A stretch of DNA of 64,000 nucleotides, from positions 9,809 to 73,808 of the forward strand of contig JBFNFA010000002.1 in assembly GCA_040797845.1 (NCBI GenBank), written 5' to 3'. A model generated the notes under the pieces. The model had not been told where the DNA came from, did no database searches, and saw only the letters and a list, made by a program, of their open reading frames with translations. The DNA is from Clostridiaceae bacterium (GTDB lineage Bacteria; Bacillota; Clostridia; Clostridiales; Clostridiaceae). Positions 1 through 10,877 of the stretch are shown piece by piece. Each line of letters opens with the position of its first letter. Position 1 is the first letter of the stretch. Both the position numbers and the translations under genes were made by a program.

Positions 1-1611
1 AGCTTTTTCATAATTATCCTTTACCGTTTTCTTTGTATATTCATCCGTATCATTTGTAAGCGCCTTAACCGCTGCTTGTAAATTATAAACCCCTCTTTGA
101 ATATCTGCGGGGACAGTTATATAATAACATCCTGCATTGTTTAAGGTTAATGGGTCGTTTTTGTCTGCTTCGTAGGCAAACCTTATTTCTTTTATAGCCT
201 CTTCATTTTTGCCGTTAAGATAATATATGGTACCTAATGTCCTGTGATATTTAGGAACATCATTCTTAAGTTTTATGGTTTCATTCAATATATTTATGGC
301 TTTATCATCTTCTTTTTTTGATAGATGAATAATGGCCATATTATATTTAATCTCTGCATCTTCTGGTTTTACTATCTCAGCAAACTTAAAATATTCTAAT
401 GCCTTGTCATCGTTATCTGCATTCCAGTAATGATTAGCTATGTTAAGCATTATATTATAATTATAAGGTTCTATAAACATAGCCGTCCTAAAATAAGGTT
501 CTATCTCTGAAGTCTTACCTCTCTTCTTTAATATCTGTGGCATTAAAAAAGCATAGTTGTCTGGATAATCTTCATTCTTATATAGAGATTGTTTTGCATA
601 TTCTTCAGCCTTGTCCAAATTATCTTTATTTAAATAGAACCATGCTGCATTGTGTAAAACTCTATAATCTTCCTTATATTTATTTAATAAATCATTTATA
701 ATCTTTTCTGCTTCCTCATCCTTACCTAGGTCTTGTTGTATATTAGCTTCTATTATATACTTTTGAATCTTTCCAATGTCTTCGTCCTTAATTGAATCCA
801 TTATATTAGTGGCTTGTGCTACGGTGTCTTTGCTCATAGAGTATATTTTAGCCATCCACATTTTATAAGCTACATCCTTTGGATTTTTAGTAGAAAGATT
901 GTGTATATCTTCTAGAAGAGTATCTTTATCATTAAGTGCAATTTGCACTAATACATCATATATTTTAGACTCATCTTTATCAATATCCCAGGCCTTTCTA
1001 AGAACTGAAAATCCTTTTTCTTTATCACCAGTGAGCATTAACATTCTGCTATACTCCGCCATATCATAGGATGATTTTTCATCTACAGGATATGAGGATA
1101 AAATTTCTTTAGCCTTATCATAATTGTCATTTGCCATATAAACTGCAAACATTATTTTTATAAGCTGCTTATCATTTGGGTTGTTTTTTAAGGCCTTTTC
1201 ACCATCTTCTAATGCCTTTTTAAAATCCTTGTTCATATATTCAGTGAAAACAACGAGATTAATTACATCTTCAGAGTTTTTCTTAAGTTCTTCTATTTTT
1301 ATTTCTTCTAAATATTTTCTAGATTTTTCTAAATCTCCTGTAACTGAATAAATTTGCGCTATTTTAGCTTTCCATAGAGGAGACTGATCCTTTTCATAAA
1401 GTTTATTAAACTCTTGTATAGCTTTATCAAATTCTGCGTTATAATAATATTGTTCAGCTTTATTAGTAGCTATACTAAATTTAGCCTTTTCAGTTTTTTG
1501 ATAATATATAAACGCAGAAATTATTAAAATAGCCGACAAAATTCCCGCTAGAATTTTTTTATTATTTTTGGCTAAATCAACCCAATCTTTAGAGGTAGCA
1601 GTATTGTTCAT
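1..1611 (-). CDS. Membrane-anchored TPR protein (3' end runs off the window)
   Basis: Not in the ORF track; read by hand. GGGAGG SD, ATG at 1611, MNNTATSKDW...KILAGILSAILIISAFIYY (TM), then repeated TPR-like helices (AEQYYYNAEFDKAIQEF, YFKFAEIVKPEDAEIKYNMA); open to position 1. Confidence 0.85.
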   Translation of the reverse strand, partial: MNNTATSKDWVDLAKNNKKILAGILSAILIISAFIYYQKTEKAKFSIATNKAEQYYYNAEFDKAIQEFNKLYEKDQSPLWKAKIAQIYSVTGDLEKSRKYLEEIKIEELKKNSEDVINLVVFTEYMNKDFKKALEDGEKALKNNPNDKQLIKIMFAVYMANDNYDKAKEILSSYPVDEKSSYDMAEYSRMLMLTGDKEKGFSVLRKAWDIDKDESKIYDVLVQIALNDKDTLLEDIHNLSTKNPKDVAYKMWMAKIYSMSKDTVAQATNIMDSIKDEDIGKIQKYIIEANIQQDLGKDEEAEKIINDLLNKYKEDYRVLHNAAWFYLNKDNLDKAEEYAKQSLYKNEDYPDNYAFLMPQILKKRGKTSEIEPYFRTAMFIEPYNYNIMLNIANHYWNADNDDKALEYFKFAEIVKPEDAEIKYNMAIIHLSKKEDDKAINILNETIKLKNDVPKYHRTLGTIYYLNGKNEEAIKEIRFAYEADKNDPLTLNNAGCYYITVPADIQRGVYNLQAAVKALTNDTDEYTKKTVKDNYEKA

Positions 1612-1775
1612 ATTAATCCTCCCATTATAAACTAACATTTTTACTTACGTTTATATAGATTTTATCAAATATACTCAAAAAATGCCATAGGATTATAATG
1701 TATTTTATAGTGACAGAGATATAAAAATATCTTATTATTTTATTTAGTAGAATATTTAAATTTACAGGAGGTTTT

Positions 1776-2930
1776 ATGAGTAAAAAGAAAACTTCAAATT
1801 TAGTTGTTGCATTTTTAATATTTGGATTGCTTATTTTAACAGGAACTATTTCCTATGTAATATACTATTCTAAAAATATTACTCAAATCCAAAATACTAA
1901 AGAAAAAGATACGGAAGTTTCCGCATCGAAAAATGATGAGAAAGAAACAAAAGAAGTGCCCAAGAAAGATGTTTTCTCTGAAGTTCTATTAAGCTTTGCA
2001 GGGGATTCAACTATCGGTCATGATAGTAATTTCGCTTTTGCTAATAGTCTTCCTTACGTGCTTAATAAGAACAATAATGATTTTTCTTACTTCTTTAAAA
2101 ATGTAGCTCCAATATTTAAAGAAGATGATATCTCAATTGTAAACTTAGAAACTACCTTTACTACATCTGATACTAGAGAGTCGAAGCAATTTAACTTTAA
2201 AGCGGATCCTTCTTATGCAAAATCTCTAGCTTTAGGTCATATTGAAGGTGTAAATATTTCAAATAACCATATTTATGATTATAAACAACAGGGATTTAAC
2301 GACACTATGAAGGCTTTGAAGGATAATAATATAAACTATTTTGGTGAAAATAACGTTTGGACTACTGAAGTAAATGGAGCTAAGTTCGGATTTTTAGGAT
2401 ATATGGGCTTTAACGATTACCCTGAATTTAGAACTAAATTAGAAAAGGATATAAAAAAATTAAAGGATGAGGGTCGTATTGTTATAATTAACTTCCATTG
2501 GGGGGTGGAGAATAGCTATTACCCTGTGGGTTCTCAAGAAACCTTAGCTCGCTTTGCTATAGATGTGGGAGCTGACCTAATTGTAGGACACCATCCTCAT
2601 GTAATTCAAGGTATAGAACAATACAAGGGTAAAATTATAGCTTATAGTTTAGGTAATTTCTGCTTTGGTGGAAACTTTAATCCTAGAGATAAAGATACTT
2701 TTATACTGCAGGTTAAGTATAAATTAAAAAATGGTGTTCCTCAGTCATATGCTGTGAGAGCTATACCAACTAGTATTTCTTCCGTGGATTATATTAACGA
2801 TTATTGTCCTACTCCAATGGAAGGCGATAATAAGGCAAGACTCTTGAAGAAACTAAATAACCTCTCTAAAAATGCTGGTTTTACCGTATCAGACGAGTTT
2901 TATGAAATAAGTTATAATGGGAAAAATTGA
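1776..2930 (+). CDS. CapA/PGA_cap family metallophosphoesterase with N-terminal TM
   Basis: Motifs FAGD, NLET, SNNH, HWG, GHHPHV, YSLGNF. Confidence 0.9.
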   Translation: MSKKKTSNLVVAFLIFGLLILTGTISYVIYYSKNITQIQNTKEKDTEVSASKNDEKETKEVPKKDVFSEVLLSFAGDSTIGHDSNFAFANSLPYVLNKNNNDFSYFFKNVAPIFKEDDISIVNLETTFTTSDTRESKQFNFKADPSYAKSLALGHIEGVNISNNHIYDYKQQGFNDTMKALKDNNINYFGENNVWTTEVNGAKFGFLGYMGFNDYPEFRTKLEKDIKKLKDEGRIVIINFHWGVENSYYPVGSQETLARFAIDVGADLIVGHHPHVIQGIEQYKGKIIAYSLGNFCFGGNFNPRDKDTFILQVKYKLKNGVPQSYAVRAIPTSISSVDYINDYCPTPMEGDNKARLLKKLNNLSKNAGFTVSDEFYEISYNGKN

Positions 2931-2992
2931 TGTTATGTATTATAATATACTAATGTGAGATTGCGTGATATCCTAAATTTCAAATAAAGGGT

Positions 2993-4354
2993 GTGTTTAA
3001 AATTAATATTAAATTTTACATAAGCGTAATAGTTTCAAAAATAGTTATGAAACTTTCAAAAACCTTCTTTAAAGGGGGATCAAATTTCCCAGGAAAAGTA
3101 GCTTTAAAATTAGATGGAAGTATATTAAAAACTTTAGGTAAGGATTATAAGGTAATACTTATCACTGGAACCAATGGTAAAACAACCACCACTAGCATGA
3201 TTTATAACATGCTTAAGGATAGTTCAAGAAAAGTTATAACCAACCACACTGGTGCTAATATGCTCCCTGGCATAGTATCCTGCTTTGTAGAAAACTTTAA
3301 ATTTAATGATAATTATACAGGGGAAAAATATGCTGTAATTGAAATAGATGAGGCAAATGTAAAGTTTGTTACTGAATTCATAACTCCTGAAATAATAACT
3401 ATTACAAATTTATTCAGAGACCAATTAGATAGATATGGAGAAGTGTACACAACTCTTTTAAAGATATTAGAAGGCGTTGAAAAATCTCCTTTTTCCACTT
3501 TACTTTTAAATGGAGATGAATCTTTATTAGGAGATTTGCCAGTACCTAATGAAAGAGTGTATTATGGGCTAAATTTCCCTCTACAGGATTCTGAAAACCT
3601 AGATAATAATGCTGACTCAAAGTTTTGCAAAAAATGCAAAAATCCTTACACATATAATTTTATAACCTATAATCATTTAGGTGATTATCTGTGCGAAAGT
3701 TGTGGATATAAAAGACCACCTCTAAAATACAAGGTGGATGATATAAAAGAGCTTTCTAGAGAAGGGTCAGTAGTTACCATTGGTGAAAAAGAAATTTACA
3801 TTAATCAACCTGGTATCTACAATATATACAATGCCCTTTGTGCATATTCTATAGGTAGAGAATTAGGTTTAGATAAGGATATAATATCAGCTACTCTTAA
3901 AAATCAGAAAAGCAGTTTTGGAAGGCAAGAAGAGATTAAGATAGATGATAAAGAGGTTAAAATAATACTGGTTAAAAATCCAGCTGGCTATGATCAAGCC
4001 ATAAATACAGTGTCCTTAGATGATAGAAAGATCAATTTAGTTACAATGTTAAATGATAATTACGCTGATGGAAGGGACATATCTTGGATATGGGATGTAA
4101 AGTTTGAAAATCTTTCTTCCTTAGATGTAGAGAAAATTATGATCTCTGGGGAAAGGCTCTACGACATGGCTATAAGACTTAAAATTGCTGGATTGCCAGA
4201 AGAAGGTTTCTCTTTATGTGAAAACTACGATAATTTATTAGATGAAATTAAAGGTTGTGAAAGTAACGTAGTATATGTATTAGCTACATACACTGCCATG
4301 ATTAATTTTAGAAAATATCTTCACAGTAAAAATTATATAGATAAACTTTGGTAG
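2993..4354 (+). CDS. murT: Lipid II isoglutaminyl synthase subunit MurT (Mur ligase + DUF1727)
   Basis: ITGTNGKTTT P-loop, GANM, EIDEA, NLFRDQLDRYGE, CxxC...CxxC, LVKNPAG, DGRDISWIWD; followed by gatD. Confidence 0.93.
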   Translation: MFKINIKFYISVIVSKIVMKLSKTFFKGGSNFPGKVALKLDGSILKTLGKDYKVILITGTNGKTTTTSMIYNMLKDSSRKVITNHTGANMLPGIVSCFVENFKFNDNYTGEKYAVIEIDEANVKFVTEFITPEIITITNLFRDQLDRYGEVYTTLLKILEGVEKSPFSTLLLNGDESLLGDLPVPNERVYYGLNFPLQDSENLDNNADSKFCKKCKNPYTYNFITYNHLGDYLCESCGYKRPPLKYKVDDIKELSREGSVVTIGEKEIYINQPGIYNIYNALCAYSIGRELGLDKDIISATLKNQKSSFGRQEEIKIDDKEVKIILVKNPAGYDQAINTVSLDDRKINLVTMLNDNYADGRDISWIWDVKFENLSSLDVEKIMISGERLYDMAIRLKIAGLPEEGFSLCENYDNLLDEIKGCESNVVYVLATYTAMINFRKYLHSKNYIDKLW

Positions 4355-4370
4355 TAAGGGAGGAAAATTT

Positions 4371-5093
4371 ATGGAATTAAATATTTGTCATCTATATCCT
4401 GACCTCCTTAATGTTTACGGTGATATTGGAAACGTTCATATACTGAAATACAGAGGAGAAAAAAGAGGTATCAAAGTAAACATAATAAACTTGTCAGTTA
4501 ATGAAGAGTTTAAAGGTGATGACTACGATATAGTGTTCTTCGGTGGAGGACAGGATTATGAACAATCCATAGTTTCTAAGGACTTAATGGAGACTAAAAA
4601 AGAGGCTATAAAGGAATATATAGAAAAAGAAAAAGTAATGCTCTCAATATGTGGTGGGTATCAATTGCTTGGTAAATATTATACCACTGTAGAGGGTGAA
4701 AAATTAGATGGATTGGATATCTTACCAATATATACAGATAGCGGCAAGGGACGTTTTATAGGAAATACCGTAATAATTAATGAGGATTTTTCCGAAACTT
4801 ATGTAGGCTTTGAAAATCATTCTGGCAGAACCTACATTGGAGATTTAAAGCCTTTAGGCAGGGTAATAAGAGGTTTTGGCAACAATGGTGAGGACGGTTT
4901 TGAGGGATGCATTTATAAAAATACCTTTGGCACTTACTTCCACGGGTCTTTATTATCTAAAAACCCTGAGCTTGCTGATAGGCTATTAAAAATTGCCCTT
5001 GAGAATAAATATGGTGAAGAAGTTGAGCTATCACCTCTTGATGACACTTTAGAGATGAAGGCTAAAGACTATATAATAAATAAAAAAGATTAG
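4371..5093 (+). CDS. gatD: GatD type-3 glutamine amidotransferase (CobQ/CobB-like)
   Basis: HLYPDLLNVYGDIGN, GGGQD, ICGGYQLLG, GFENHSG, TYFHG; directly after murT. Confidence 0.93.
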   Translation: MELNICHLYPDLLNVYGDIGNVHILKYRGEKRGIKVNIINLSVNEEFKGDDYDIVFFGGGQDYEQSIVSKDLMETKKEAIKEYIEKEKVMLSICGGYQLLGKYYTTVEGEKLDGLDILPIYTDSGKGRFIGNTVIINEDFSETYVGFENHSGRTYIGDLKPLGRVIRGFGNNGEDGFEGCIYKNTFGTYFHGSLLSKNPELADRLLKIALENKYGEEVELSPLDDTLEMKAKDYIINKKD

Positions 5094-5127
5094 TGAAAAT
5101 TAAAGACTATATAGCGAATACAAAAAT

Positions 5128-5324
5128 ATTTATCCCATGACTACCATCCGTAATACTCCCATTTTCTACAAGTGGGAGATATTAAAACTCTTGAGCTTCA
5201 GCGATTTAGAGTTCTTATGCTGTGCATAACGGATGCTACGTCCCTGGATAAGTTCTTCTAAGCTTCAGTTGGAGTAAGTATTCCTTTTAAACAAACCCCA
5301 TCTGAAGCTAAGAATCACTTGATA
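5128..5324. repeat. ~200-bp interspersed double-hairpin repeat (family X, copy 1), MITE-like
   Basis: Shares long identical blocks with 53835-54035 (ATGACTACCATCCGTAATACTCCCAT, ATAACGGATGCTACGTCCCTGGATAAGTTCTTCTAA, TAAGAATCACTTGATA); no ORF. Confidence 0.85.
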
Positions 5325-5423
5325 AAGACTAAAAGCTATATAACGAATACAAAAGTGGAGGGTCAGAAGTTAGTTCTGATCCTCTAATAAGTTTAAGGTA
5401 ACATTGGAAAGGATTTTAAATAA

Positions 5424-7277
5424 ATGAAGTTAGTTGTAAATAATTCATACACACCATCTCCAGTTAGAAATTATGTTAATAAAGCTATTCTCATATTTAA
5501 TGAAAATCGTATTTTTTTTCTTACCATATTATTTTTATTAATGAAATCCATATTGTTTCTTGGTTTTATCGCTTCTTCTTCTGGAAACTACATTGCACTT
5601 TTTAAACTACCTATATATTTAGTTAATTTTATACTATATATAAGCCTTATAACTATTTTTCTATCCGTTGGATATTTATTTAAAGGTTTAGGTCAAGCTT
5701 TAGCCTTTGTAACTATAAATCTTTTACTATCTTTATTTATGATAGCAGATCTTATATATTATAGAGGATTTCAAAGTTTTATTTCTATATATAGTTTATC
5801 TCAGGGAGGAAATTTAGATAACCTTGGTGAGACGATAATTTCAATGCTAAGATCACAGGACATATTATTTATTATTGATATTATAATATTTCTAGTTATA
5901 ATTCTAAGACAAAAGACTATTTATAGACAAGCTAAGAGGAAAGTTTCTTTGTTTTTCATTTTATTGATAGCAAGTAGTTCCCTATCTTTTTACTATCACT
6001 ACCGCTATGATATACTAGAAGATGGCAAAAACAAAAGATATTTTCATATATATTGGTCTCCTCTTTATAGTATGGGGAGCATGTCCCCTATAGGATATCA
6101 TATATACGATAGTTACCTATATTTTAAAAACTCAAAACAATTAGAGTTAACAGAAAAAGATCATGAGGAAATAAAAGCCTGGTATGAAAATAAGGAAAAG
6201 AATATTGAAGATAATTCCTATAAAGGAGCTTTAAAGGGGAAAAATTTAATATTTATGCAAATAGAATCATTAGAAAGTTTCTTAATAGGAGCAAAAGTGG
6301 ATGGAGAAGAGATAACTCCTAATTTAAATAAGCTATTAAAAAATTCCCTTCACTTTTCAGAAATATATGAACAGGTTAGCGGTGGAAATAGTTCAGATGG
6401 AGATCTAATGGCTAATACTTCCATGCATCCAGTAAAGAACGGCTCTACTTTTTTCCGTTTTCCAAAGAATAAATATAATTCTTTGCCTAGGCTCATGAAA
6501 AAGCTAGGTTATTATACCTCTGCTTTTCATCCAGATGGCGGTGGATATTGGAATTGGATGCCTGCTTTGCAATCTATGGAATTTGATAAATGCACTGATG
6601 TTACAGGATTTAAATTAGATGAGAGCATTGGCCTAGGACTTAGCGATGGAAGCTACTTAAAACAGCTGAGCGAAAAAATAATTTCTCAACCTAGACCTTT
6701 TTATTCTTTCTTCGTTACCTTAACAAGTCATATGCCTTTTGATCTACCAAAAGAATACAGGCATATGAAACTACCTGCTGAAATGGATAGCAATGTATTA
6801 GGTGACTATTTCCAGAGTATACACTATACAGACAAGCACTTAGGAAAATTTATAGATTCTTTAGAAGAAAGTGATTTATTAAAAGATACTGTACTAGTTA
6901 TTTACGGTGATCACACTGGTGTTCATAAATATTATAAGGATAAACTGGAGGCTATAAATCCAAAAGAAGATTGGTGGTATAAGGACAGCTTTAAAGTCCC
7001 TCTTATAATATATTCAAAGGATTTAGAAGGAAAAAGCTTCAAAACTATCGGTGGACAAGTGGATATAATGCCAACAGTAGCTTATCTTATGGGGGTACCT
7101 GAAGAAGAATTTATCAATACTGCTATGGGAAGAAATTTACTAAAAACCCGTAGAAATTTCACAATATTAAGCAACGGCGTATATATAGGTGACTATAAAA
7201 CTGAAGAAGAAAAACGTCACGCCGTAGAAGCTCTAAATATATCAGATAAACTTATCCGAAGCGGATATTTTAAATAA
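5424..7277 (+). CDS. LTA synthase family protein (sulfatase fold)
   Basis: N-terminal TM bundle; NLIFMQIESLE, EITPNLN, GGNSSDG, TLTSHMPF, YGDH. Confidence 0.9.
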   Translation: MKLVVNNSYTPSPVRNYVNKAILIFNENRIFFLTILFLLMKSILFLGFIASSSGNYIALFKLPIYLVNFILYISLITIFLSVGYLFKGLGQALAFVTINLLLSLFMIADLIYYRGFQSFISIYSLSQGGNLDNLGETIISMLRSQDILFIIDIIIFLVIILRQKTIYRQAKRKVSLFFILLIASSSLSFYYHYRYDILEDGKNKRYFHIYWSPLYSMGSMSPIGYHIYDSYLYFKNSKQLELTEKDHEEIKAWYENKEKNIEDNSYKGALKGKNLIFMQIESLESFLIGAKVDGEEITPNLNKLLKNSLHFSEIYEQVSGGNSSDGDLMANTSMHPVKNGSTFFRFPKNKYNSLPRLMKKLGYYTSAFHPDGGGYWNWMPALQSMEFDKCTDVTGFKLDESIGLGLSDGSYLKQLSEKIISQPRPFYSFFVTLTSHMPFDLPKEYRHMKLPAEMDSNVLGDYFQSIHYTDKHLGKFIDSLEESDLLKDTVLVIYGDHTGVHKYYKDKLEAINPKEDWWYKDSFKVPLIIYSKDLEGKSFKTIGGQVDIMPTVAYLMGVPEEEFINTAMGRNLLKTRRNFTILSNGVYIGDYKTEEEKRHAVEALNISDKLIRSGYFK

Positions 7278-7281
7278 AGTG

Positions 7282-7336
7282 GGGACGGGTCGTGAAAAAT
7301 AGGCATTAATTATGCCTATTTTTCATGACCCGTCCC
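7282..7336. repeat. Inverted pair of REP-like cores forming a long hairpin between convergent genes
   Basis: GGGACGGGTCGTGAAAAATAGGCA pairs with TGCCTATTTTTCATGACCCGTCCC across a short AT loop; starts 4 nt after the LTA synthase stop. Confidence 0.85.
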
Positions 7337-7396
7337 TATTGTTTTTAACCAAATAATATAAATAATTCCTATTTATGTATGATGATTTACAACATA

Positions 7397-7425
7397 ATAC
7401 CCCGTAGATTATATCTACGAGGTAT
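7397..7425. terminator. Intrinsic terminator-like hairpin downstream of the MCP gene
   Basis: ATACCCCGTAGAT-TAT-ATCTACGAGGTAT. Confidence 0.55.
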
Positions 7426-7444
7426 GGTTTACTTTTTATATATC

Positions 7445-9151
7445 TTATATCTTAAATTTAACTACTAATTCTCTTAATTCTTCAGAAATTTTTGCTTGAT
7501 ATTCTGCAGTAGTTTTTACTTTATCCATGTTTTCTGTTGTCTGCTCTACATTGGCTAAAATCTCTCCAGTAAAGGAAGCATTGCTTTGTGCACTACTAGC
7601 TATTTCATTTATTGCTGAACTTATTTGTTCTACTGTAGCGTTTATTTCCTCAGTCATAGAAGCTAAATCTTGAGACATATTATTTAAATAATCAGCGTCA
7701 TCACTGTACTGATTTCCTATTTTTATAAAGAACTCGAATTTTTCTTTTACTTGATTTTGAATAAAATCTAATATTTGTTGACTACTTTGTGATAAATTAG
7801 TGAAAGCTTCCTGTACTCTTCCTATGGTGATATGTATTGTAGCAACAGCTTCACTTGATTGTTCAGCAAGTTTTCTTACTTCCTCAGCTACTACAGAGAA
7901 TCCCTTTCCATGCTCTCCTGCCCTAGCAGCCTCAATTGCTGCATTAAGCGCCAGTAAGTTGGTCTGTTCAGAAATATTAGCTATAGTATTTGCCATAACT
8001 TTTATTTCTTCTACCACTTTTCCTTCCTCAATTGCTTTTAGAATATCTTTTTCATTTTCAGAATACATTTTATGAGTTTCATCATAGGCACTTTGTCCAT
8101 TTTTTTCGGCTTCTACTGCCCTCTCTTTTATCTCAATGGCATAACCACTTCCATTAACTGCTCTTTTTGATAATTCTTCCACACTTGAATCAACCTGGGT
8201 CATGGAAGCAGACATTTCTTCTGTAGTTGCACTCCACTCCTGAACTCCTTTATTTATCTCAATAGTTGAAGCGTTGATATCATTCATGCTTTCTGTCAAG
8301 TCTTCAACGGTAGCAAAAAGTTCTTCACTTGATTCAGATACATAATTGGAATCTTTAATTATTTTTTTAATTAATTTTTGCATATTATCTTTTGCATTAT
8401 TTAAAGATAGGGCGGTTATTCCAAACTCATCTTTTCTTTTAATTTGAATATCAGAGGAGAAATCATATTGAGAAAGTCTCTTAGCAAAATCTTGGATTCT
8501 ATTTAAAGGTTTTATAATATCAATACTCATAAGCACAATGAATATTATAGAAATTACTCCCCCTAGAACTGTAGCAATATTTATTAAATTTCTAGCTGCT
8601 AAATATATAGTTTCATTATTTTCATATTGCTTTAATGCCTCTAAATCATTTACTTCTACAACTTTATTTACACTATTAAAAGCATCTTCTCTTAATTTTA
8701 TCATCTCCGAATTATACAAATTAAGAGCTTCTTCATATTTATTTTCTTCCATAAGTTTTACTAACTGATTCTTATAATCTACATACACTTCATATTTATT
8801 TTTAAATTCTTCATAGAGCAACTTCTCATCTTCATTCATGTGAATTTTTTCATAAATTTTTAGTTGTTCTCCAATTTCTTCTTCTATATTTTTTAGTTGT
8901 TCACTACTTTCTGCTGTATTTTTTTCTAAAATTAAATATATTATATTTGCTCTCATATCATTAAAGCTTCCTTTTATATTTTCTAAGGATTTTATACTCT
9001 TTAAATTATTAGAATACATATTTTGAGCATTTTTATTAATGATATCTGTTCCTCTAATTCCCAAAAATCCTGTTACTATGACTAAAGCCGCAATAAGAGC
9101 AAAGCTAAGCAATAATTTGATTTTTACGCTAATATTTTTCCAAAAATTCAT
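7445..9151 (-). CDS. Methyl-accepting chemotaxis protein (4HB sensor, HAMP, MCP signal)
   Basis: Two TMs, [50 protein letters not shown]. Confidence 0.95.
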   Translation of the reverse strand: MNFWKNISVKIKLLLSFALIAALVIVTGFLGIRGTDIINKNAQNMYSNNLKSIKSLENIKGSFNDMRANIIYLILEKNTAESSEQLKNIEEEIGEQLKIYEKIHMNEDEKLLYEEFKNKYEVYVDYKNQLVKLMEENKYEEALNLYNSEMIKLREDAFNSVNKVVEVNDLEALKQYENNETIYLAARNLINIATVLGGVISIIFIVLMSIDIIKPLNRIQDFAKRLSQYDFSSDIQIKRKDEFGITALSLNNAKDNMQKLIKKIIKDSNYVSESSEELFATVEDLTESMNDINASTIEINKGVQEWSATTEEMSASMTQVDSSVEELSKRAVNGSGYAIEIKERAVEAEKNGQSAYDETHKMYSENEKDILKAIEEGKVVEEIKVMANTIANISEQTNLLALNAAIEAARAGEHGKGFSVVAEEVRKLAEQSSEAVATIHITIGRVQEAFTNLSQSSQQILDFIQNQVKEKFEFFIKIGNQYSDDADYLNNMSQDLASMTEEINATVEQISSAINEIASSAQSNASFTGEILANVEQTTENMDKVKTTAEYQAKISEELRELVVKFKI

Positions 9152-9190
9152 GTATAACCATTCCTTCCTTTGTAATTGTCTAATATCTTG

Positions 9191-10018
9191 TTAAATTATC
9201 AGTTGTTTTAAATCCTCTTTATTTATGGGTTTGCTAAAGTAATATCCTTGTACTTCATCACAATTAAATTCTCTTAAAATTTGTAGTTCTTCCAAGGATT
9301 CAACTCCTTCTCCTATAACTTTTAATCCCAAAGAATGAGCCATTTCAATAATTTTTGATACAATTATTTGTTGCTTCCTATCTACTTGAATTTTATCAAT
9401 AAAATGCTTGTCTATTTTTATAATATCTATAGGTAATATATTTAAATATTTAAAAGAGGAGTATCCTGTGCCAAAATCATCTAAAGCAATTCTAATTCCC
9501 ATTTTTTTTATCTCATTTAAAAGTTTTACCGTCCAATCAATATTTTTTACAGCAGTGGTTTCTGTTATCTCTATTTTTAGTCTCTCTGCACTTAGCCCAG
9601 TTTCATTGAGTATTCCGCTGATCCATGAGACAAAATTTAAATTTTCAAATTCTCTACTAGATATATTCACTGCTAAATTTAGATCCATTGACTCAATATC
9701 CAAAAATTCATTAGCTTCATAGCAAGCTTTTTTCATAATGTAATTGCTTATTTCAAATATTAAACTTGATCTTTCAGCTAAGCCTATTATTTTGTTTGGA
9801 GGTATATTTTTAAAATTAGAATTCCCCCATCTTAACAGGGCCTCAATGCCAACTATTTTTTTGCTTTTTAGTTCTATTTGAGGTTGATAATATACTTGAA
9901 ATTCTTCTTTTATCAGCCCTATTTCTATATTTTTTATTATATTTTTTTCCCAATTCTCTTCTAAGAATTTATCTTGTTGAACTTTAGTATAATTATCCTT
10001 TTGTAAACAAATTGCCAA
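9191..10018 (-). CDS. Stand-alone EAL c-di-GMP phosphodiesterase
   Basis: YQPQ, EALLRW, AVNIS, EITE, DDFGTGYSS, KIDK, EGVE, QGYYFSKP; AGAGGTG SD before TTG. Confidence 0.92.
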   Translation of the reverse strand: MAICLQKDNYTKVQQDKFLEENWEKNIIKNIEIGLIKEEFQVYYQPQIELKSKKIVGIEALLRWGNSNFKNIPPNKIIGLAERSSLIFEISNYIMKKACYEANEFLDIESMDLNLAVNISSREFENLNFVSWISGILNETGLSAERLKIEITETTAVKNIDWTVKLLNEIKKMGIRIALDDFGTGYSSFKYLNILPIDIIKIDKHFIDKIQVDRKQQIIVSKIIEMAHSLGLKVIGEGVESLEELQILREFNCDEVQGYYFSKPINKEDLKQLII

Positions 10019-10205
10019 TTAAATGTCACCTCTTTTCATCAAACATAAATTTATACCTACTATTGGTAACTACTATATGCTATTATTTTCAATTTATTAA
10101 AATAATTGTAAATAATAAATGAGCCCGTACAAAGTAATAATTACACTTGCACCGGCTCACTTCTGGACAAAGTTTTTCATTTTTACCCCTCCATTAGCTT
10201 AACCA

Positions 10206-10547
10206 TTATATAATTTTTAGTATTATCTCCATATAGTCTTCATGAATGTTTTCATCATTAAAAGCTATGTATACTTCCTTAGATAAAATTTGAGATATTT
10301 CCTGTTCTATCTCCTCTGTTAGTATGGGAGTTAGTCCTTGTCGAAAGAATTTTACTCTTTCATAATTTTTTTCTCTTTGTAGAGCAGTTTTTTCAATCTG
10401 TGAAAGTATTCCTTTAATGTAGATATTAATATTATTCTCTTTAATATCTACTCTAGTCTTCTCTGGTCCCTTTCCTACGACCTTCTTAATTATACCAGAA
10501 ATACAACTTTCTACAATGTAATTTATCTCTTTTCTTGCAGCAAACAA
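10206..10547 (-). CDS. DUF2294 / MpsC-family small protein
   Basis: KKVVGKGPEKTRVDI..IYIKGILSQIEK pattern; AGGAGGTG SD 6 nt before TTG at 10547 (track start 10556). Confidence 0.65.
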   Translation of the reverse strand: MFAARKEINYIVESCISGIIKKVVGKGPEKTRVDIKENNINIYIKGILSQIEKTALQREKNYERVKFFRQGLTPILTEEIEQEISQILSKEVYIAFNDENIHEDYMEIILKII

Positions 10548-10877
10548 TATTATCACCTCCTTTCCATGTAATCAACGCCTCCTTTTTTCTTATATCTCTT
10601 ATATTTTTTATATTACCTATAATAATACATAAAATTATATTTTATTATTATTTATTTGAATATATAGTATTAAATTCATATATTTGGTATATATTTGGCA
10701 TATTATTTCCAATATATTAATTATATTGTATATCCCCTTAATTGTTTTTTCAATATTTCTCATATTATTGCAAATATATTCATAAAGTTACATTTGCCTA
10801 TGAAAGTGCAATAAAATAGGTCTAAATTATAATTTTTTATAACTTAGACCTAGATTAGACCTATATTTAGGTTATAC

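Noticed and set aside
5316-5324. TTGAT at the end of family X as an IS200/IS605 target motif
   Set aside because: It lies at the conserved 3' end inside the element, not 5' of a left end; no tnpA/tnpB is attached.
10120-10162. Hairpin upstream of the EAL gene as a c-di-GMP riboswitch
   Set aside because: Lacks the GEMM-I/II conserved motifs; fits a simple terminator after DUF2294.
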